Assembly: GCA_050739895.1 (NCBI GenBank)
Contig: JBOICK010000018.1
Location: forward strand, 18,737-82,736
Length of the DNA: 64,000 nucleotides
Direction: 5' to 3'
Source: Stenotrophobium sp.
GTDB lineage: Bacteria > Pseudomonadota > Gammaproteobacteria > Nevskiales > Nevskiaceae
Shown: positions 9,990 to 20,321 of the stretch, piece by piece
Numbering within the stretch: position 1 is the first letter of the stretch
Layout: each line of letters starts with the position of its first letter
The notes under the pieces: generated by a model
Databases searched by the model: none
What the model was told of the DNA's origin: nothing
What the model saw: the letters and a program-made list of their open reading frames with translations, nothing else
Program-made: the position numbers and the translations under genes

Positions 9990-11177
9990 CTACGTGATTC
10001 CAGTCGCAGCCAGTGCCGGCGACAGGCCCTGCGCCGCAGCCATCTGGACAATCCGGCGGTCCAGGTCCAGGTCCACGCCGCGGAATCCATCCACCACTTC
10101 GATAAATTCGCATTGCTTGGCGAAAGGCATGCGCCGGACGATATCCATCATCGGCTCCCACAGTTCGCCAACCAGCACGGCCTGCACGGCGCGCTCTATG
10201 GCTTCGCGTGACAGACGCGTGGCGGCGATGGCAAACGCGGTGCGTGTCGCATCGTCCAGCTTCTCCACCAGTGGCAAGACGGTGCGCCACAAGGCGTCGC
10301 GATCAGCGGCTTGCAACACACTATCCAGCAACTGCGGGTTGTCGCGCAGGATGGGCAGATTGGCGACCTTGCGCTGATTTTCCTCGGACAGGCTGGCGAC
10401 CACCGGCAGCAGATCACCCCACAAACCCTGCCGCTGGACCCGATGGATGATGCGCGCGAGTACCGCGTCCTCCTGCGCGGCTGCGAGGTCGCCCAGTTCG
10501 CGTTTGAGCGAATAGCTGACGCTGGTGATCAGCGACAGGATTTCGTCCAACAGATCGACCTTGTCGTCCAGCACCAGCAGCATGGCCTTGCGGCGGCGCT
10601 CCAGCGGCAACATCCGGATCAGATGATCGAGCTGGTTCCTCGAATCGACAAAAAAAGCGATGCGCAGCAGTTCGGCTTCATCCGTCACTGCATCAAGTAC
10701 CGCCTGTATCGCCTCATCGGAGATGAAATCAACGAAACGTCCGACTGTCGGATAGCTGCCTTGCTGGATCAACGCCAGCGCGATCGCCACGACATTCTTC
10801 ACTGGCATCAACCGGATCAGGTCGCGTGCGCGTCTTGGGTCGAGATGCACACAGATGTTTGCGATGAATTGCGGTGACAGGTGAACCGCACTGAGGATGG
10901 CGCGCTTGGCCGGCATCTCGCCAACCACGCGCGCACTCAGCATGGGTCCGAAAGCGCGACATAGTGGGATCACCATGATCACCGGCAATTGCGCCGCCAC
11001 GGCGGCGAGCCGGCGGAATACCAGCTGATCTTGTGCGAACAGGCGTTCGCTGACTGCATCGCGCAGGCGCCGCAACTGCGTCTCCGGCAGGTTGCCGAGA
11101 AATGCCAGCGTTGTGCTATCAGCGCCGAGTAGTTGACTCAGCTTGACTGACTCTGCGCGCGCCGCCAGTCCGCTCAT
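9990..11177 (-). CDS. Conserved all-helical hypothetical protein
   Basis: Start MSGLAARAE overlaps the stop of the upstream small gene; internal repeated LW-x-x-LLPLV helices. Confidence 0.75.
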   Translation of the reverse strand: MSGLAARAESVKLSQLLGADSTTLAFLGNLPETQLRRLRDAVSERLFAQDQLVFRRLAAVAAQLPVIMVIPLCRAFGPMLSARVVGEMPAKRAILSAVHLSPQFIANICVHLDPRRARDLIRLMPVKNVVAIALALIQQGSYPTVGRFVDFISDEAIQAVLDAVTDEAELLRIAFFVDSRNQLDHLIRMLPLERRRKAMLLVLDDKVDLLDEILSLITSVSYSLKRELGDLAAAQEDAVLARIIHRVQRQGLWGDLLPVVASLSEENQRKVANLPILRDNPQLLDSVLQAADRDALWRTVLPLVEKLDDATRTAFAIAATRLSREAIERAVQAVLVGELWEPMMDIVRRMPFAKQCEFIEVVDGFRGVDLDLDRRIVQMAAAQGLSPALAATGIT

Positions 11178-11395
11178 GTGCGCGCCGCCAGCTTGCCAAG
11201 AATCAGCGAGCGCAGAGGCTGCGGCAACGCGCGGCGCAGAGCGACGGTGACTTCTTCGCGCTGGTGCTTGCAAGCCTCGTCTATGGCGTGCTCCAGCTGA
11301 GCGAGTTCGGACGCTGACAGGCCGGACAGGGCAGACAGCGTTGCCGCGGGCCGCCGCAGTTTCGCGGCAATGTTCTCGAAGGCTCGTGTTTCCAT
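11174..11395 (-). CDS. Small hypothetical protein translationally coupled to 9990..11177
   Basis: 73 aa, GGAG RBS, ATGA overlap. Confidence 0.65.
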   Translation of the reverse strand: METRAFENIAAKLRRPAATLSALSGLSASELAQLEHAIDEACKHQREEVTVALRRALPQPLRSLILGKLAART

Positions 11396-11435
11396 GGTCA
11401 GGCTCCTGTTTTTTCCGTTATGGGCATGCGCATGA

Positions 11436-11849
11436 TCAGTCTCGGCGCGACCACAGTCGCATGATCAGCGCCACGCCCAGTCCCCAGACGCCGTTGAGCA
11501 GCAGCGCACCGATGATGATTTTCGGATCCCAGCCGCCGGCCATGCCCATGCCCTTGAGCGGCATCACCACGAACCACGCGACCGCGCTGGGACCGATGGC
11601 GCCGATCACAGCGGCGCGCAGCCAGAATGCGCCGCCTCTGGCATTGGCGATCAGCAGCCACAGCACTATGCCCCAGACGCCACCCCAGAACGACAGCGAA
11701 ATCACTTGCGGGATGTGCAGCGGCGCGGTGGCCGCCATCGCGTAGGGAGCGTGCGGCGCGATGCCGGCCATGTAAAGCAATCCGAGCAGCCCCTGATGAA
11801 ACACCAGAGTGGAAACGAAACCGGCGACGAACGACTTGAGGTGCTGCAT
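11436..11849 (-). CDS. Four-TM hypothetical membrane protein
   Basis: FHQG, SLSFWGGVWG and NGVWGLG motifs; AGGAG RBS. Confidence 0.75.
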   Translation of the reverse strand: MQHLKSFVAGFVSTLVFHQGLLGLLYMAGIAPHAPYAMAATAPLHIPQVISLSFWGGVWGIVLWLLIANARGGAFWLRAAVIGAIGPSAVAWFVVMPLKGMGMAGGWDPKIIIGALLLNGVWGLGVALIMRLWSRRD

Positions 11850-11982
11850 CTGGCGCTCCTATGGAAGACGGTGAGACCGCTGTCAGTGTAAAACGGTTTG
11901 TCGCTTGGCGGAAACAGGCGGAAACAGGCGGGAAGCGGTGCTTGCGGTTAGGCTAACGACCTTTGCGATACAGGTTTGCGGC

Positions 11983-13158
11983 ATGCAATACGACGTTCTG
12001 ATCATCGGTGCGGGCGCCGCTGGCCTGATGTGTGCGCTCACTGCGGGGCAGCGCGGCCGGCGTGTGCTGGTGATCGAGCATGCCAATCGAGCCGGCAAGA
12101 AAATCCTGATGTCCGGTGGCGGGCGCTGCAATTTCACCAACCTGCACACGACTTCGGCCAATTTTCTCTCGGAAAATCCGCACTTCTGCAAATCCGCGCT
12201 GGCTCGTTATACACCGCATGATTTCATCGCGATGGTCGAACGCCACGGCATCGCTTATCACGAGAAAGAGCTGGGGCAACTGTTCTGTGACGAATCATCG
12301 CGGCAGATCGTGCGCATGCTCCTGGATGAGTGCGCAGCGGTGAATGTACGCATCGAAGTCAATTGCGAGGTGGAGCGGGTGCAGCGCAGCGAGGGTGGCT
12401 ACAGGTTGTTCACCGCGCTCGGCACATTCGCGGCGCCGTCACTGGTGGTGGCAACGGGCGGTTTGTCGATTCCCACTATGGGCGCCAGCGGCTTTGCCTA
12501 CGAACTGGCGCGTCAGTTCAATCATGCAGTGCTGCCGACGCGCGCCGGGCTGGTGCCGCTGACGCTCAGTGGCAAACATATGGAGCATTACGCCGATCTC
12601 AGCGGCGTGGCGCTGATGGTGGAGAGCGGCTGCAACCAGCAGCGCTTCCGCGCTGGCATGCTGATTACCCATCGCGGCATCAGCGGCCCGGCGATCTTGC
12701 AAATCTCATCCTACTGGAAACCCGGTGACGATCTGCGCGTAAACCTGTTGCCCGACGATGATGCCTCTGAATTGCTCGGCACGCAGCAGGAGGCGCGTCC
12801 GTTGGCAGAGTTCAGGACAGTGTTGGCCGATCTGCTGCCCAAGAGGCTGGCCCAGCGGATCTGCGAAATCTGGGTGGTGTCGAAGCCGATGCGGCAGTAC
12901 CGCAAGTCCGAACTGCACCATATCGCCGGGTTGCTGCAATCCTGGCCGATTACCGCCAGCGGCACTGAGGGTTATCGCACCGCCGAAGTCACTCTGGGCG
13001 GCATCTCCACTGACGAACTGTCCTCGGCGACGCTGGCCTCAAAAAAGACTCCGGGCCTGTATTTTGTCGGCGAAGCGGTGGATGTGACCGGCCATCTCGG
13101 CGGCTACAATTTCCAGTGGGCCTGGGCTTCCGGCCACGCCGCCGGGCAGGCGGTGTGA
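11983..13158 (+). CDS. NAD(P)/FAD-dependent oxidoreductase, HI0933/YhiN/BaiN family
   Basis: GAGAAG, GKKILMSGGGRCNFTN and GGYNFQWAWASG motifs. Confidence 0.92.
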   Translation: MQYDVLIIGAGAAGLMCALTAGQRGRRVLVIEHANRAGKKILMSGGGRCNFTNLHTTSANFLSENPHFCKSALARYTPHDFIAMVERHGIAYHEKELGQLFCDESSRQIVRMLLDECAAVNVRIEVNCEVERVQRSEGGYRLFTALGTFAAPSLVVATGGLSIPTMGASGFAYELARQFNHAVLPTRAGLVPLTLSGKHMEHYADLSGVALMVESGCNQQRFRAGMLITHRGISGPAILQISSYWKPGDDLRVNLLPDDDASELLGTQQEARPLAEFRTVLADLLPKRLAQRICEIWVVSKPMRQYRKSELHHIAGLLQSWPITASGTEGYRTAEVTLGGISTDELSSATLASKKTPGLYFVGEAVDVTGHLGGYNFQWAWASGHAAGQAV

Positions 13159-13173
13159 CCTGGAAAGTTCGTT

Positions 13174-15144
13174 TCAGTTTTGCAATGCCGAGGCCGGAAC
13201 CGCCGGGATGACGACGCTGGACGGATGTGTGGCGTCGCTGTAGATCGTCAGTGTACCGACTGCCGAGTTGAGCAGTGTAGGCACCGGCGGCACGCCCTGC
13301 GGCAGGTCGCTGGCACCGATCGCCACACGCAGGCTGTGACCCTTGGCGATCATCGCGCTGGTCGGGAAGATTTCCACCGGCACCAGCACCGGCGTGCCGC
13401 TGGTCAGCGGCTGCACCGATGCCTGGGTAAACGGATGCCAGGGCTGGATCATCAGGCCGTTCATGTAGCGTGAACGGCTGGCGTCCACCGCGCGCAGCGA
13501 GGCAGTCTGGAGGCCATTGGTGAGCGCGGTGACGTTGCCGCTGCCGTCGACATCATCCACCCGCACCGACAGGCCGGCGTCGCTGGCGGTAGTCGAGATC
13601 CAGACGTCGGCTTCGATCGGACCGTTCAGATAAGTATCCGCGGGCATCGGTGCAGTCTGGTAAGTAACATCGGTCAACTCAGCCACGCTGTCATCGGTCT
13701 GACACGGCAGCGGAATATAGCCGGTGATACCGGCCGTCCACTGATCCGTGCTGATTGAGCACAGGCCATTGAGAGGCTCCTGCACCACCGAGTTCGAGGC
13801 TTCGCCCGCCACCGGCGCGGTTGTGGATAAGCTCTTGTCACCATGCAGATACAGCTTCTGCGCCTGCACCTGTGGATTCGGCCAGTCGGTAGAAGTCACG
13901 TAATGGCCATAGCCGGTGACGAACTGGGTCACATTCGGCAGTTTGTCGGCGCCTACGTTCATGCCTTTAACATACTGGTCGAACCATTGAAGTTCGATGT
14001 GATCGAGCACCGGAACATTGTCCACGGGTAGTCCGGTGCCGGTCGCGGCCTGCAAGTGGGTCCACGGTCCGATCAGTAGTTTGGCCGGCACATGCGTCTT
14101 GAGCGTCTCGTAGGTCAGGGGCTCGCTGCGTTGGAACAGGTCGTGCAAGCCGCCGACGACGAAGGTCGGCACATTGATCTTGCCGTCGTTCTCCAGCGGT
14201 GAGCGAATCGCCCAGAAATCGCCGTCATAAGCGGTGGCGGGTGTCCCTGCCAGTGCGTTCAGGATGGTCGGGGCCTGAAATGCGGTGACGTTGAGAATAT
14301 GCGACAGCACAATCGGAATGCCGGTCTGCGGATCGGTCAGGGCCGTCGGATCGGTCACGCCCAGCGCCGAGACCAGCCCCAGCCAGATCGGGATGAAAGT
14401 GGGATTAACCTGCCCGCCGGTGAACACGATATCGCGGTAGCCGTCGCCGATCGGTACGATCGGGAAGGCGGCTTTAACCACCGGGTGATCCTGCGCTGCG
14501 GTGATGACCGCGGTGATGCCAAGATATGACACGCCGTAGAGGCCGATGGCGCCGTTGCTCCAGGTCTGTTGCGTGACCCAGTTCACTACGTTGCCGTAGT
14601 CCGACTGCTCGGTTGCGCCGAAAGCCTCCCAGGTGCCCTGAGATTGCCCGGTGCCTCGCACATCCACCACTACTGTTACATAGCCGTGTTCAACAATGTA
14701 CGGATCGGCACCACCCAGCGCAGCACCCACACTGCCGGCAAATGAATCGGCACCGCCGTTGTAGGAGGTCTGGACCAACAAGGCAGGGAAGGTGCCGTCA
14801 ACGGCCTTGCCGCTGCTGTCGGCAGGCAGGCTCACATAGGCGGCAAGCTGGGTGCCGTCCGGCATTGTGATGTACTGAACATTCTGTGACACGGTCCCGG
14901 GGTAAAGCGTCGGCGGATCGTAGTTCACCCACTTTGCACCAGCGTTGCTGGTGATGGACGTGCCGGGTTGACTGGTCAGGGCGCGTGTGCCGAGTGTGGT
15001 CCAACTGGCTGTTGCGCTTGAGGCCGGGACGGAATCCGCAGCTGGCGTGGATGATGGACTGCAGCCGGTCAGGGTGACCGCAACGCTCAAAAGCGCCGGA
15101 GTCAGACATGTTGTTGTGACAAGCTTTGTAAGGCGCACACCCAT
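13174..15144 (-). CDS. CocE/NonD-family hydrolase, probable lipoprotein
   Basis: LTGC lipobox; DVRGTGQSQG, nucleophile GVSY and GPWTH motifs; C-terminal jelly-roll domain. Confidence 0.85.
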   Translation of the reverse strand: MGVRLTKLVTTTCLTPALLSVAVTLTGCSPSSTPAADSVPASSATASWTTLGTRALTSQPGTSITSNAGAKWVNYDPPTLYPGTVSQNVQYITMPDGTQLAAYVSLPADSSGKAVDGTFPALLVQTSYNGGADSFAGSVGAALGGADPYIVEHGYVTVVVDVRGTGQSQGTWEAFGATEQSDYGNVVNWVTQQTWSNGAIGLYGVSYLGITAVITAAQDHPVVKAAFPIVPIGDGYRDIVFTGGQVNPTFIPIWLGLVSALGVTDPTALTDPQTGIPIVLSHILNVTAFQAPTILNALAGTPATAYDGDFWAIRSPLENDGKINVPTFVVGGLHDLFQRSEPLTYETLKTHVPAKLLIGPWTHLQAATGTGLPVDNVPVLDHIELQWFDQYVKGMNVGADKLPNVTQFVTGYGHYVTSTDWPNPQVQAQKLYLHGDKSLSTTAPVAGEASNSVVQEPLNGLCSISTDQWTAGITGYIPLPCQTDDSVAELTDVTYQTAPMPADTYLNGPIEADVWISTTASDAGLSVRVDDVDGSGNVTALTNGLQTASLRAVDASRSRYMNGLMIQPWHPFTQASVQPLTSGTPVLVPVEIFPTSAMIAKGHSLRVAIGASDLPQGVPPVPTLLNSAVGTLTIYSDATHPSSVVIPAVPASALQN

Positions 15145-15330
15145 TTCAATCTCCACGGGCCCGGTCAATGATCGGGCGGATTCTAGGGGATCAGCGGTAC
15201 GGGTTCATTTGCCATGGAGCCAAACGGGCTTGGCCGGTAGGTAATATCTACAATTTTCGTCTGGTGGTGATGCCGTCGCATTTTTCAGATCGACTGGCTA
15301 GAGTGACGCACGAGATATTTGGAGAATGTC

Positions 15331-15726
15331 ATGGATTACGAATGCACGGCGCTGGTGACCTTGTTGTCACTATTGTTTTATTGGGTGGTGATGTTCAACG
15401 TCGGCCGCGCGCGCGGTAAATACGGAGTGAAAGCGCCGGCCATCAGTGGCGATCCTGCGTTTGACCGCGTTTTCCGCGTGCACCAGAACACCATGGAAGC
15501 CTTGGTCCTGCAGTTGCCATCGCTATGGTTGTTCGCAATCTATGTGTCGGATTGCTGGGCAGCAGGCCTAGGGCTGGTATGGATATTGGGGCGCATCATC
15601 TATGCACGCGCCTACTATGCTGATGCCGGCAAACGTGGGACCGGGATGCTGATTTTGACACTGGCCAACGCCGTTTTGTTTCTTGGCGCGCTGATTTCGT
15701 TGGGACTGGGGATTTACCGCTCGTGA
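15331..15726 (+). CDS. MAPEG-family membrane protein
   Basis: FDRVFRVHQNTME and GRIIYARAYY motifs. Confidence 0.88.
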   Translation: MDYECTALVTLLSLLFYWVVMFNVGRARGKYGVKAPAISGDPAFDRVFRVHQNTMEALVLQLPSLWLFAIYVSDCWAAGLGLVWILGRIIYARAYYADAGKRGTGMLILTLANAVLFLGALISLGLGIYRS

Positions 15727-15780
15727 CAGCAGGCATGAAAATGGCCAGCATTGCCGGCCATTTTCGAGGGTGATACCGCG

Positions 15781-16923
15781 TCAACCACGGCCGACCAAAG
15801 AGCGCGCGATCACTTCCTTCATGATTTCCGAAGTGCCGCCGTAAATGCGCTGGATGCGCGCGTCGGCGTAGTAGCGCGAGATCGGGTACTCGGTCATGTA
15901 GCCGTAGCCGCCGAACAGCTGCAGGCAGGCGTCGGTGACGCGGCCTTCCATCTCGGTGGTGGCGAGCTTGATCATCGCCGCGGTCGGCACGTCGAGTTTG
16001 CCCTCGGCGTACTGGGCGTTGCACTTCTCGACGAAGGCGCGGTGCACTTCGATGTCAGTCTTGCACTTCGCCAGTTCAAAGCGCGTGTTCTGCATCGACG
16101 CGATGCTGACGCCGAAAGCCTTGCGCGTCATGGTGTATTCGATGGCTTTTTCCAGCGCGCCCTGGGCGTGGCCGACGGCGGAGACCGCCAGCACCAGGCG
16201 TTCGCGCGGCAGTTCGTCAATCAGGTGGCCGAAGCCGCCGCCGACGCGGCCGAGCACTTCATCCGCGCCAACTTTCACGTTGTCGAAAAACAGTTCCGAG
16301 GTATCCGCGCTGTGCAGGCCAATCTTGTCCAGATTGCGGCCGCGCTTGAAGCCGGGCAGGGATGTGTCGAGCGTGAACAGCGTCGTGCCCTTGGCGCCGG
16401 CTTTGGGGTCGGTCTTGGTCGCCAGCACTACCACGCCGGCGTTCTGGCCGTTGGTGATGAAGGTCTTGGAGCCGTTGATGAGGTAGTGATCTCCGTCCAG
16501 CGTTGCGCTGGTCTTGATGCCTTGCAGGTCGGACCCTGCACCCGGTTCGGACATGCCGATGGCGCCGATGCATTCGCCAGTCGCCATGCGCGGCAGGTAT
16601 TTCTTCTTCTGCACTTCAGTGCCCAGATGCAGGATGTAAGGCGCGGCGATGTCCGAGTGCACTGTGAGATTCGACGCCAGCGCGAGGAAACCCATGCGCG
16701 CTGCTTCCTCGACCACCACGCAGGAAAACTCGAACGGTGCACCGATGCCGCCGTATTCCTCCGGCTGGTCTACGCACAGCAGTCCGGCTTCGCCCATCTT
16801 CAGGTACAGCGATTTCGGCAGGATGCCGTCACGCTCCCATTGCTCGTAGTTGGGCTCGACGTGGTTTTTCAAAAAGCGCACGACATTGTCGCGAAAGAGT
16901 TCGATTTCAGCGTGATTGCTCAT
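15781..16923 (-). CDS. Acyl-CoA dehydrogenase (long-chain type)
   Basis: MSEPGAGSDL, NGSKTFITNG, QLFGGYGY and IYGGTSEI motifs. Confidence 0.95.
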   Translation of the reverse strand: MSNHAEIELFRDNVVRFLKNHVEPNYEQWERDGILPKSLYLKMGEAGLLCVDQPEEYGGIGAPFEFSCVVVEEAARMGFLALASNLTVHSDIAAPYILHLGTEVQKKKYLPRMATGECIGAIGMSEPGAGSDLQGIKTSATLDGDHYLINGSKTFITNGQNAGVVVLATKTDPKAGAKGTTLFTLDTSLPGFKRGRNLDKIGLHSADTSELFFDNVKVGADEVLGRVGGGFGHLIDELPRERLVLAVSAVGHAQGALEKAIEYTMTRKAFGVSIASMQNTRFELAKCKTDIEVHRAFVEKCNAQYAEGKLDVPTAAMIKLATTEMEGRVTDACLQLFGGYGYMTEYPISRYYADARIQRIYGGTSEIMKEVIARSLVGRG

Positions 16924-16950
16924 GGTCTGTTTTGTTGTGAAAGTCAGTGA

Positions 16951-17427
16951 TTAAGGGGTGCTACAGGAAATACGTTTCATCGGGAAAATTGTGGAGGCAG
17001 GCTTGCCGCCGACGGTGCCTTCGAGTTTTTCGGTCAGCGCATCCGGCGCCGTGAATTCGTAAGTGACGCGATACGGAAACACGCTGGGATCGTCCAGGCT
17101 CTCGAACACTGCCTTGGAGCCCTGCAACTGGGTCATGCCCAGATGGTGTTCGGCGCCACCGTGGGATTGATCGATCAATTCAAAACCATCGCCGCTGGTG
17201 ACGATGCGCAGGTAGTCGAAATCCCTGGTGAAACCATCGGCGACGCGACTGCCAACTCCGAGGACGCTGTTGCCGGTGGCCGGAAGCCAATGCTCCGCGT
17301 AACTGCTGCCACCACTGGTATATCCCCAGCAACCTGTCATCCAGCCAAATGAGGTGGCACGTGGCGCATCGGCGGCAGACGCGGCGGCGGAGACAGCGAA
17401 ACCCAGAATCATGATCAGCAGGCGCAT
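16951..17427 (-). CDS. Secreted hypothetical protein, DUF6265-like
   Basis: Signal peptide; WMTGCW, EHWLP and FP-x-RVTY motifs. Confidence 0.65.
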   Translation of the reverse strand: MRLLIMILGFAVSAAASAADAPRATSFGWMTGCWGYTSGGSSYAEHWLPATGNSVLGVGSRVADGFTRDFDYLRIVTSGDGFELIDQSHGGAEHHLGMTQLQGSKAVFESLDDPSVFPYRVTYEFTAPDALTEKLEGTVGGKPASTIFPMKRISCSTP

Positions 17428-17478
17428 GGTTTTCTCCTCGAATAGATCATCCGCTATTACAGTTCTGGCCGTGCAATA

Positions 17479-17526
17479 TGTTTTAATATATTAAATATAT
17501 ATAAAATAAATTAATATAATAAAACA
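17479..17526. repeat. 48-bp TGTT-N40(AT)-AACA element, copy A
   Basis: TGTTTTAATATATTAAATATATATAAAATAAATTAATATAATAAAACA; 7-bp terminal inverted repeat. Confidence 0.85.
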
Positions 17527-17690
17527 AAATAATGCAGCCCATGCAACACAGCGGGTGCCGATTTTAACGTGCTTTGGACAGCCGGATGCTGCAATAACCA
17601 ATAGCGTGCAAGGACATTGGAATATTGTGGGTCGCCCGGCAGGCGCCTAGACTGCTCCTCGTTCTACATCAATACCCACGGAGAAGATTT

Positions 17691-18302
17691 ATGACTGCAA
17701 TACGCGCAGTGCTGATCGGGGTCTTCTTGCTGTTCGTGTCAGTGGCGTTCGCGGCTGATCTCAACAAGGGAATTCAGGCGTTTCATCTCGGAGACTATGC
17801 GGCCGCCCAGGCCGAATTCCGGCCGCTGGCGGTGCAGGGAAATGCGCAGGCCCAATTCAATCTCGGCGTCATTTACGACAAGGGTCTGGGTGTGCAGCAG
17901 GATGATGCCGAGGCCGCGCAATGGTTCCGCGAGTCCGCCGGGCAGGGCGACGCCAACGCCCAGTACGCTCTCGGCGTGCTTTACGCCGACGGCCGCGGCG
18001 TGGCGCAAGATGATGCCGCTGCCGTGCAGTGGTATCGCAAGGCCGCCGCGCAGGGCTCGGCGCTCGCCCAGAACAATCTCGGCACAATCTACGAGTTCGG
18101 CAAAGGCGTGACGCAGGATTACGCCAAGGCTTATGCGCTGTTCAACCTCTCGGCATCGATCGACGCCACGGACGACAACAAGGCAACAGCGGCTCGTGTG
18201 CATGTCATGCGCTTGATGACTCCGGCGCAGATCACGGCCGGGCAGGCATTGACCCTGGAAATGCAGAAAGTCGGCGTGCTCCAAGCACTGGATGCGCAAT
18301 AG
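17691..18302 (+). CDS. Sel1-repeat (TPR-like) secreted protein
   Basis: Three AQ-x-x-LG-x-x-Y-x-x-G-x-GV-x-QD repeats; signal peptide. Confidence 0.92.
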   Translation: MTAIRAVLIGVFLLFVSVAFAADLNKGIQAFHLGDYAAAQAEFRPLAVQGNAQAQFNLGVIYDKGLGVQQDDAEAAQWFRESAGQGDANAQYALGVLYADGRGVAQDDAAAVQWYRKAAAQGSALAQNNLGTIYEFGKGVTQDYAKAYALFNLSASIDATDDNKATAARVHVMRLMTPAQITAGQALTLEMQKVGVLQALDAQ

Positions 18303-18365
18303 CCGGACGAAGATTGCGCGTGTTCACGGGTTAGCATTGAGTCTGCATCCTGACAGGCCTTGTGC

Positions 18366-19271
18366 TCAATCGCGGAAGCGGCGACTAAGGTCGGCGTAAG
18401 CATCCACCCGCCGATCGCGCAAAAACGGCCACCAGCGCCGCACGTGCTCGGAGCGGGCAAGGTCCACGTCGACCAGCAGCACATCCTCGCGCTCGCCGGC
18501 CTGGGCGAGAATTTCACCCTGCGGGCCTGCGACGAAACTATGGCCCCAGAATTGTGAACCGGCAGTCTGCCCGGTGGGATCAGCCTCGAAGCCGACGCGG
18601 TTGGCGACCAGCACCGGCAGGCCGTTGGCGACCGCATGCGAGCGCTGGATCGTGACCCAGGCGTCGCGCTGGCGGGCCTGTTCGTCGGGCGCGTCCGCCG
18701 GGTTCCAGCCGATGGCGGTGGGATACAGCAGCAGTTCGGCGCCGGCCAGCGCCATCAGGCGCGCGGCTTCTGGATACCACTGGTCCCAGCACACCAGCAC
18801 GCCGAGTTTGCCGACGCTGGTCTGTATCGGCGTGAATCCACCGCCTGCGGCTGAACCGGCGTCGCCGGGGGTGAAATAGAATTTTTCGTAGTAGCCGGGA
18901 TCGTCCGGGATGTGCATCTTGCGATAGGTGCCGGCGAGCGAGCCGTCACGCTCCAGCACCACCGCGGTGTTGTGATACAGGCCGGGCGCGCGCTTCTCGA
19001 ACAGCGAGCCGACGATAACGATGCCCAGCGACTTCGCCAGCTTGCCCAGCCACTGCGTTGACGGACCGGGAATGGTCTCGGCCAGATCGAACAGTTCCGT
19101 GCTTTCATGCTGGCAGAAATACAGCGAGGTATGCAGTTCCTGCAGCAGCACCAGTTGCGCGCCGCCGGCATGCGCTGCGCGGATGCCGTCTTCGGACATT
19201 TGCAAATTGAGTTTGCGGTCGGCGGTACAGGGCTGCTGTACCAGCGCGGCGCGGAGCGTGTGTGGTTTCAT
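18366..19271 (-). CDS. aguB: N-carbamoylputrescine amidase (carbon-nitrogen hydrolase)
   Basis: LQEL, YRKMHIPDDPGYYEKFYF and CWDQWYPE motifs; coupled to agmatine deiminase. Confidence 0.85.
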   Translation of the reverse strand: MKPHTLRAALVQQPCTADRKLNLQMSEDGIRAAHAGGAQLVLLQELHTSLYFCQHESTELFDLAETIPGPSTQWLGKLAKSLGIVIVGSLFEKRAPGLYHNTAVVLERDGSLAGTYRKMHIPDDPGYYEKFYFTPGDAGSAAGGGFTPIQTSVGKLGVLVCWDQWYPEAARLMALAGAELLLYPTAIGWNPADAPDEQARQRDAWVTIQRSHAVANGLPVLVANRVGFEADPTGQTAGSQFWGHSFVAGPQGEILAQAGEREDVLLVDVDLARSEHVRRWWPFLRDRRVDAYADLSRRFRD

Positions 19272-20299
19272 GGCGTTTGCGGTATCTGCATGGTGACGCA
19301 ATGGAGGCTCCCATACTGGTTGATCAGCGCGCGGCAATCAATGCCGATGACCTCGCGGTCAGGAAAGCAGGGGCGCAGGCGCTCCAGCGCAATCGCATCG
19401 TTGCGTGCATCGCCGTAGATCGGTACCAGCACCGCGCCGTTGAGAATCAGGAAGTTCGGATAACCCGCCGGCAGGCGCTTGCCGTCCTCGTCGTGAATCG
19501 CAGCGGGCAGCGGCAGCGGCACCAGCGTGTAGGGTTGGCCGTTGGTCTGGCGCAGCGCCTGTAACTCCTGCTCCAGCGCTTTGAGGTCGTCGTAATGCTC
19601 ATCGCTGCGATCATCGCAGGCCTGGTAAGCAATGGTGTGTGCATCACAGAAGCGGGCGATTGTGTCGATGTGGCCGTCGGTGTCGTCGCCGATCAGGTCG
19701 CCATGCTTGAGCCACAGCACGCGGCTCAGGCCGAACCAGTTCGTGAGTTGTTGTTCAATCTGCGCTTTGCTGAACTGCGGATTCCGCGTAGTCGCGAGCA
19801 GGCAGCGCTCGGTGGTCAGCAGGGTGCCGAGCCCGTCGCTTTCGATGCCGCCGCCTTCAAGCACGAACTCCAGTGTTTCTACCGGCCCCGGCCACACGTT
19901 TTGAGCCGCGAGCTTACGGGTGATCTGGGTGTCCAGTGATGCGTCGAACTTGTTGCCCCAGCCGTTGAAGACGAAATCCAGATGCACCAGCTTGCCGTTG
20001 CGAAGTACCGTGACCGGCCCATGGTCGCGTGCCCAGACATCGTTGCTCGGCACTTGATAAATCCGCAGGCGCGAGGCGATGGCGCCCGCGTCTACTAGCC
20101 GCTGTTTGAGTGTGGCCGGTTCGAGGCCGTAGCCGACAATGACATCTTCGTGCCGGCTGATGGCGACGGCGATTTCAATGAAGTTGCGCTCGACCGCGTC
20201 GAACTGGCGCGCGAAGTCGCCTTCGGCGCGCGGCCAGGTGAGTTGCACGGCCGACTGCGGCGCCCATTCGGCGGGAAGCTGTAGGGTCTGATTCGACAT
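19268..20299 (-). CDS. aguA: Agmatine deiminase (PAD family)
   Basis: PAEW, WARDHGP, EGGGIESDG, DDTDGHID and GSLHCVTMQ motifs. Confidence 0.88.
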   Translation of the reverse strand: MSNQTLQLPAEWAPQSAVQLTWPRAEGDFARQFDAVERNFIEIAVAISRHEDVIVGYGLEPATLKQRLVDAGAIASRLRIYQVPSNDVWARDHGPVTVLRNGKLVHLDFVFNGWGNKFDASLDTQITRKLAAQNVWPGPVETLEFVLEGGGIESDGLGTLLTTERCLLATTRNPQFSKAQIEQQLTNWFGLSRVLWLKHGDLIGDDTDGHIDTIARFCDAHTIAYQACDDRSDEHYDDLKALEQELQALRQTNGQPYTLVPLPLPAAIHDEDGKRLPAGYPNFLILNGAVLVPIYGDARNDAIALERLRPCFPDREVIGIDCRALINQYGSLHCVTMQIPQTP

Positions 20300-20321
20300 T
20301 CCTGTTCTCAGCGGTGAAACG

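Noticed and set aside
11907..11936. Short tandem repeat GGCGGAAACA x2 plus a partial third copy in a divergent promoter region
   Set aside because: Too short and single-locus to support a function.
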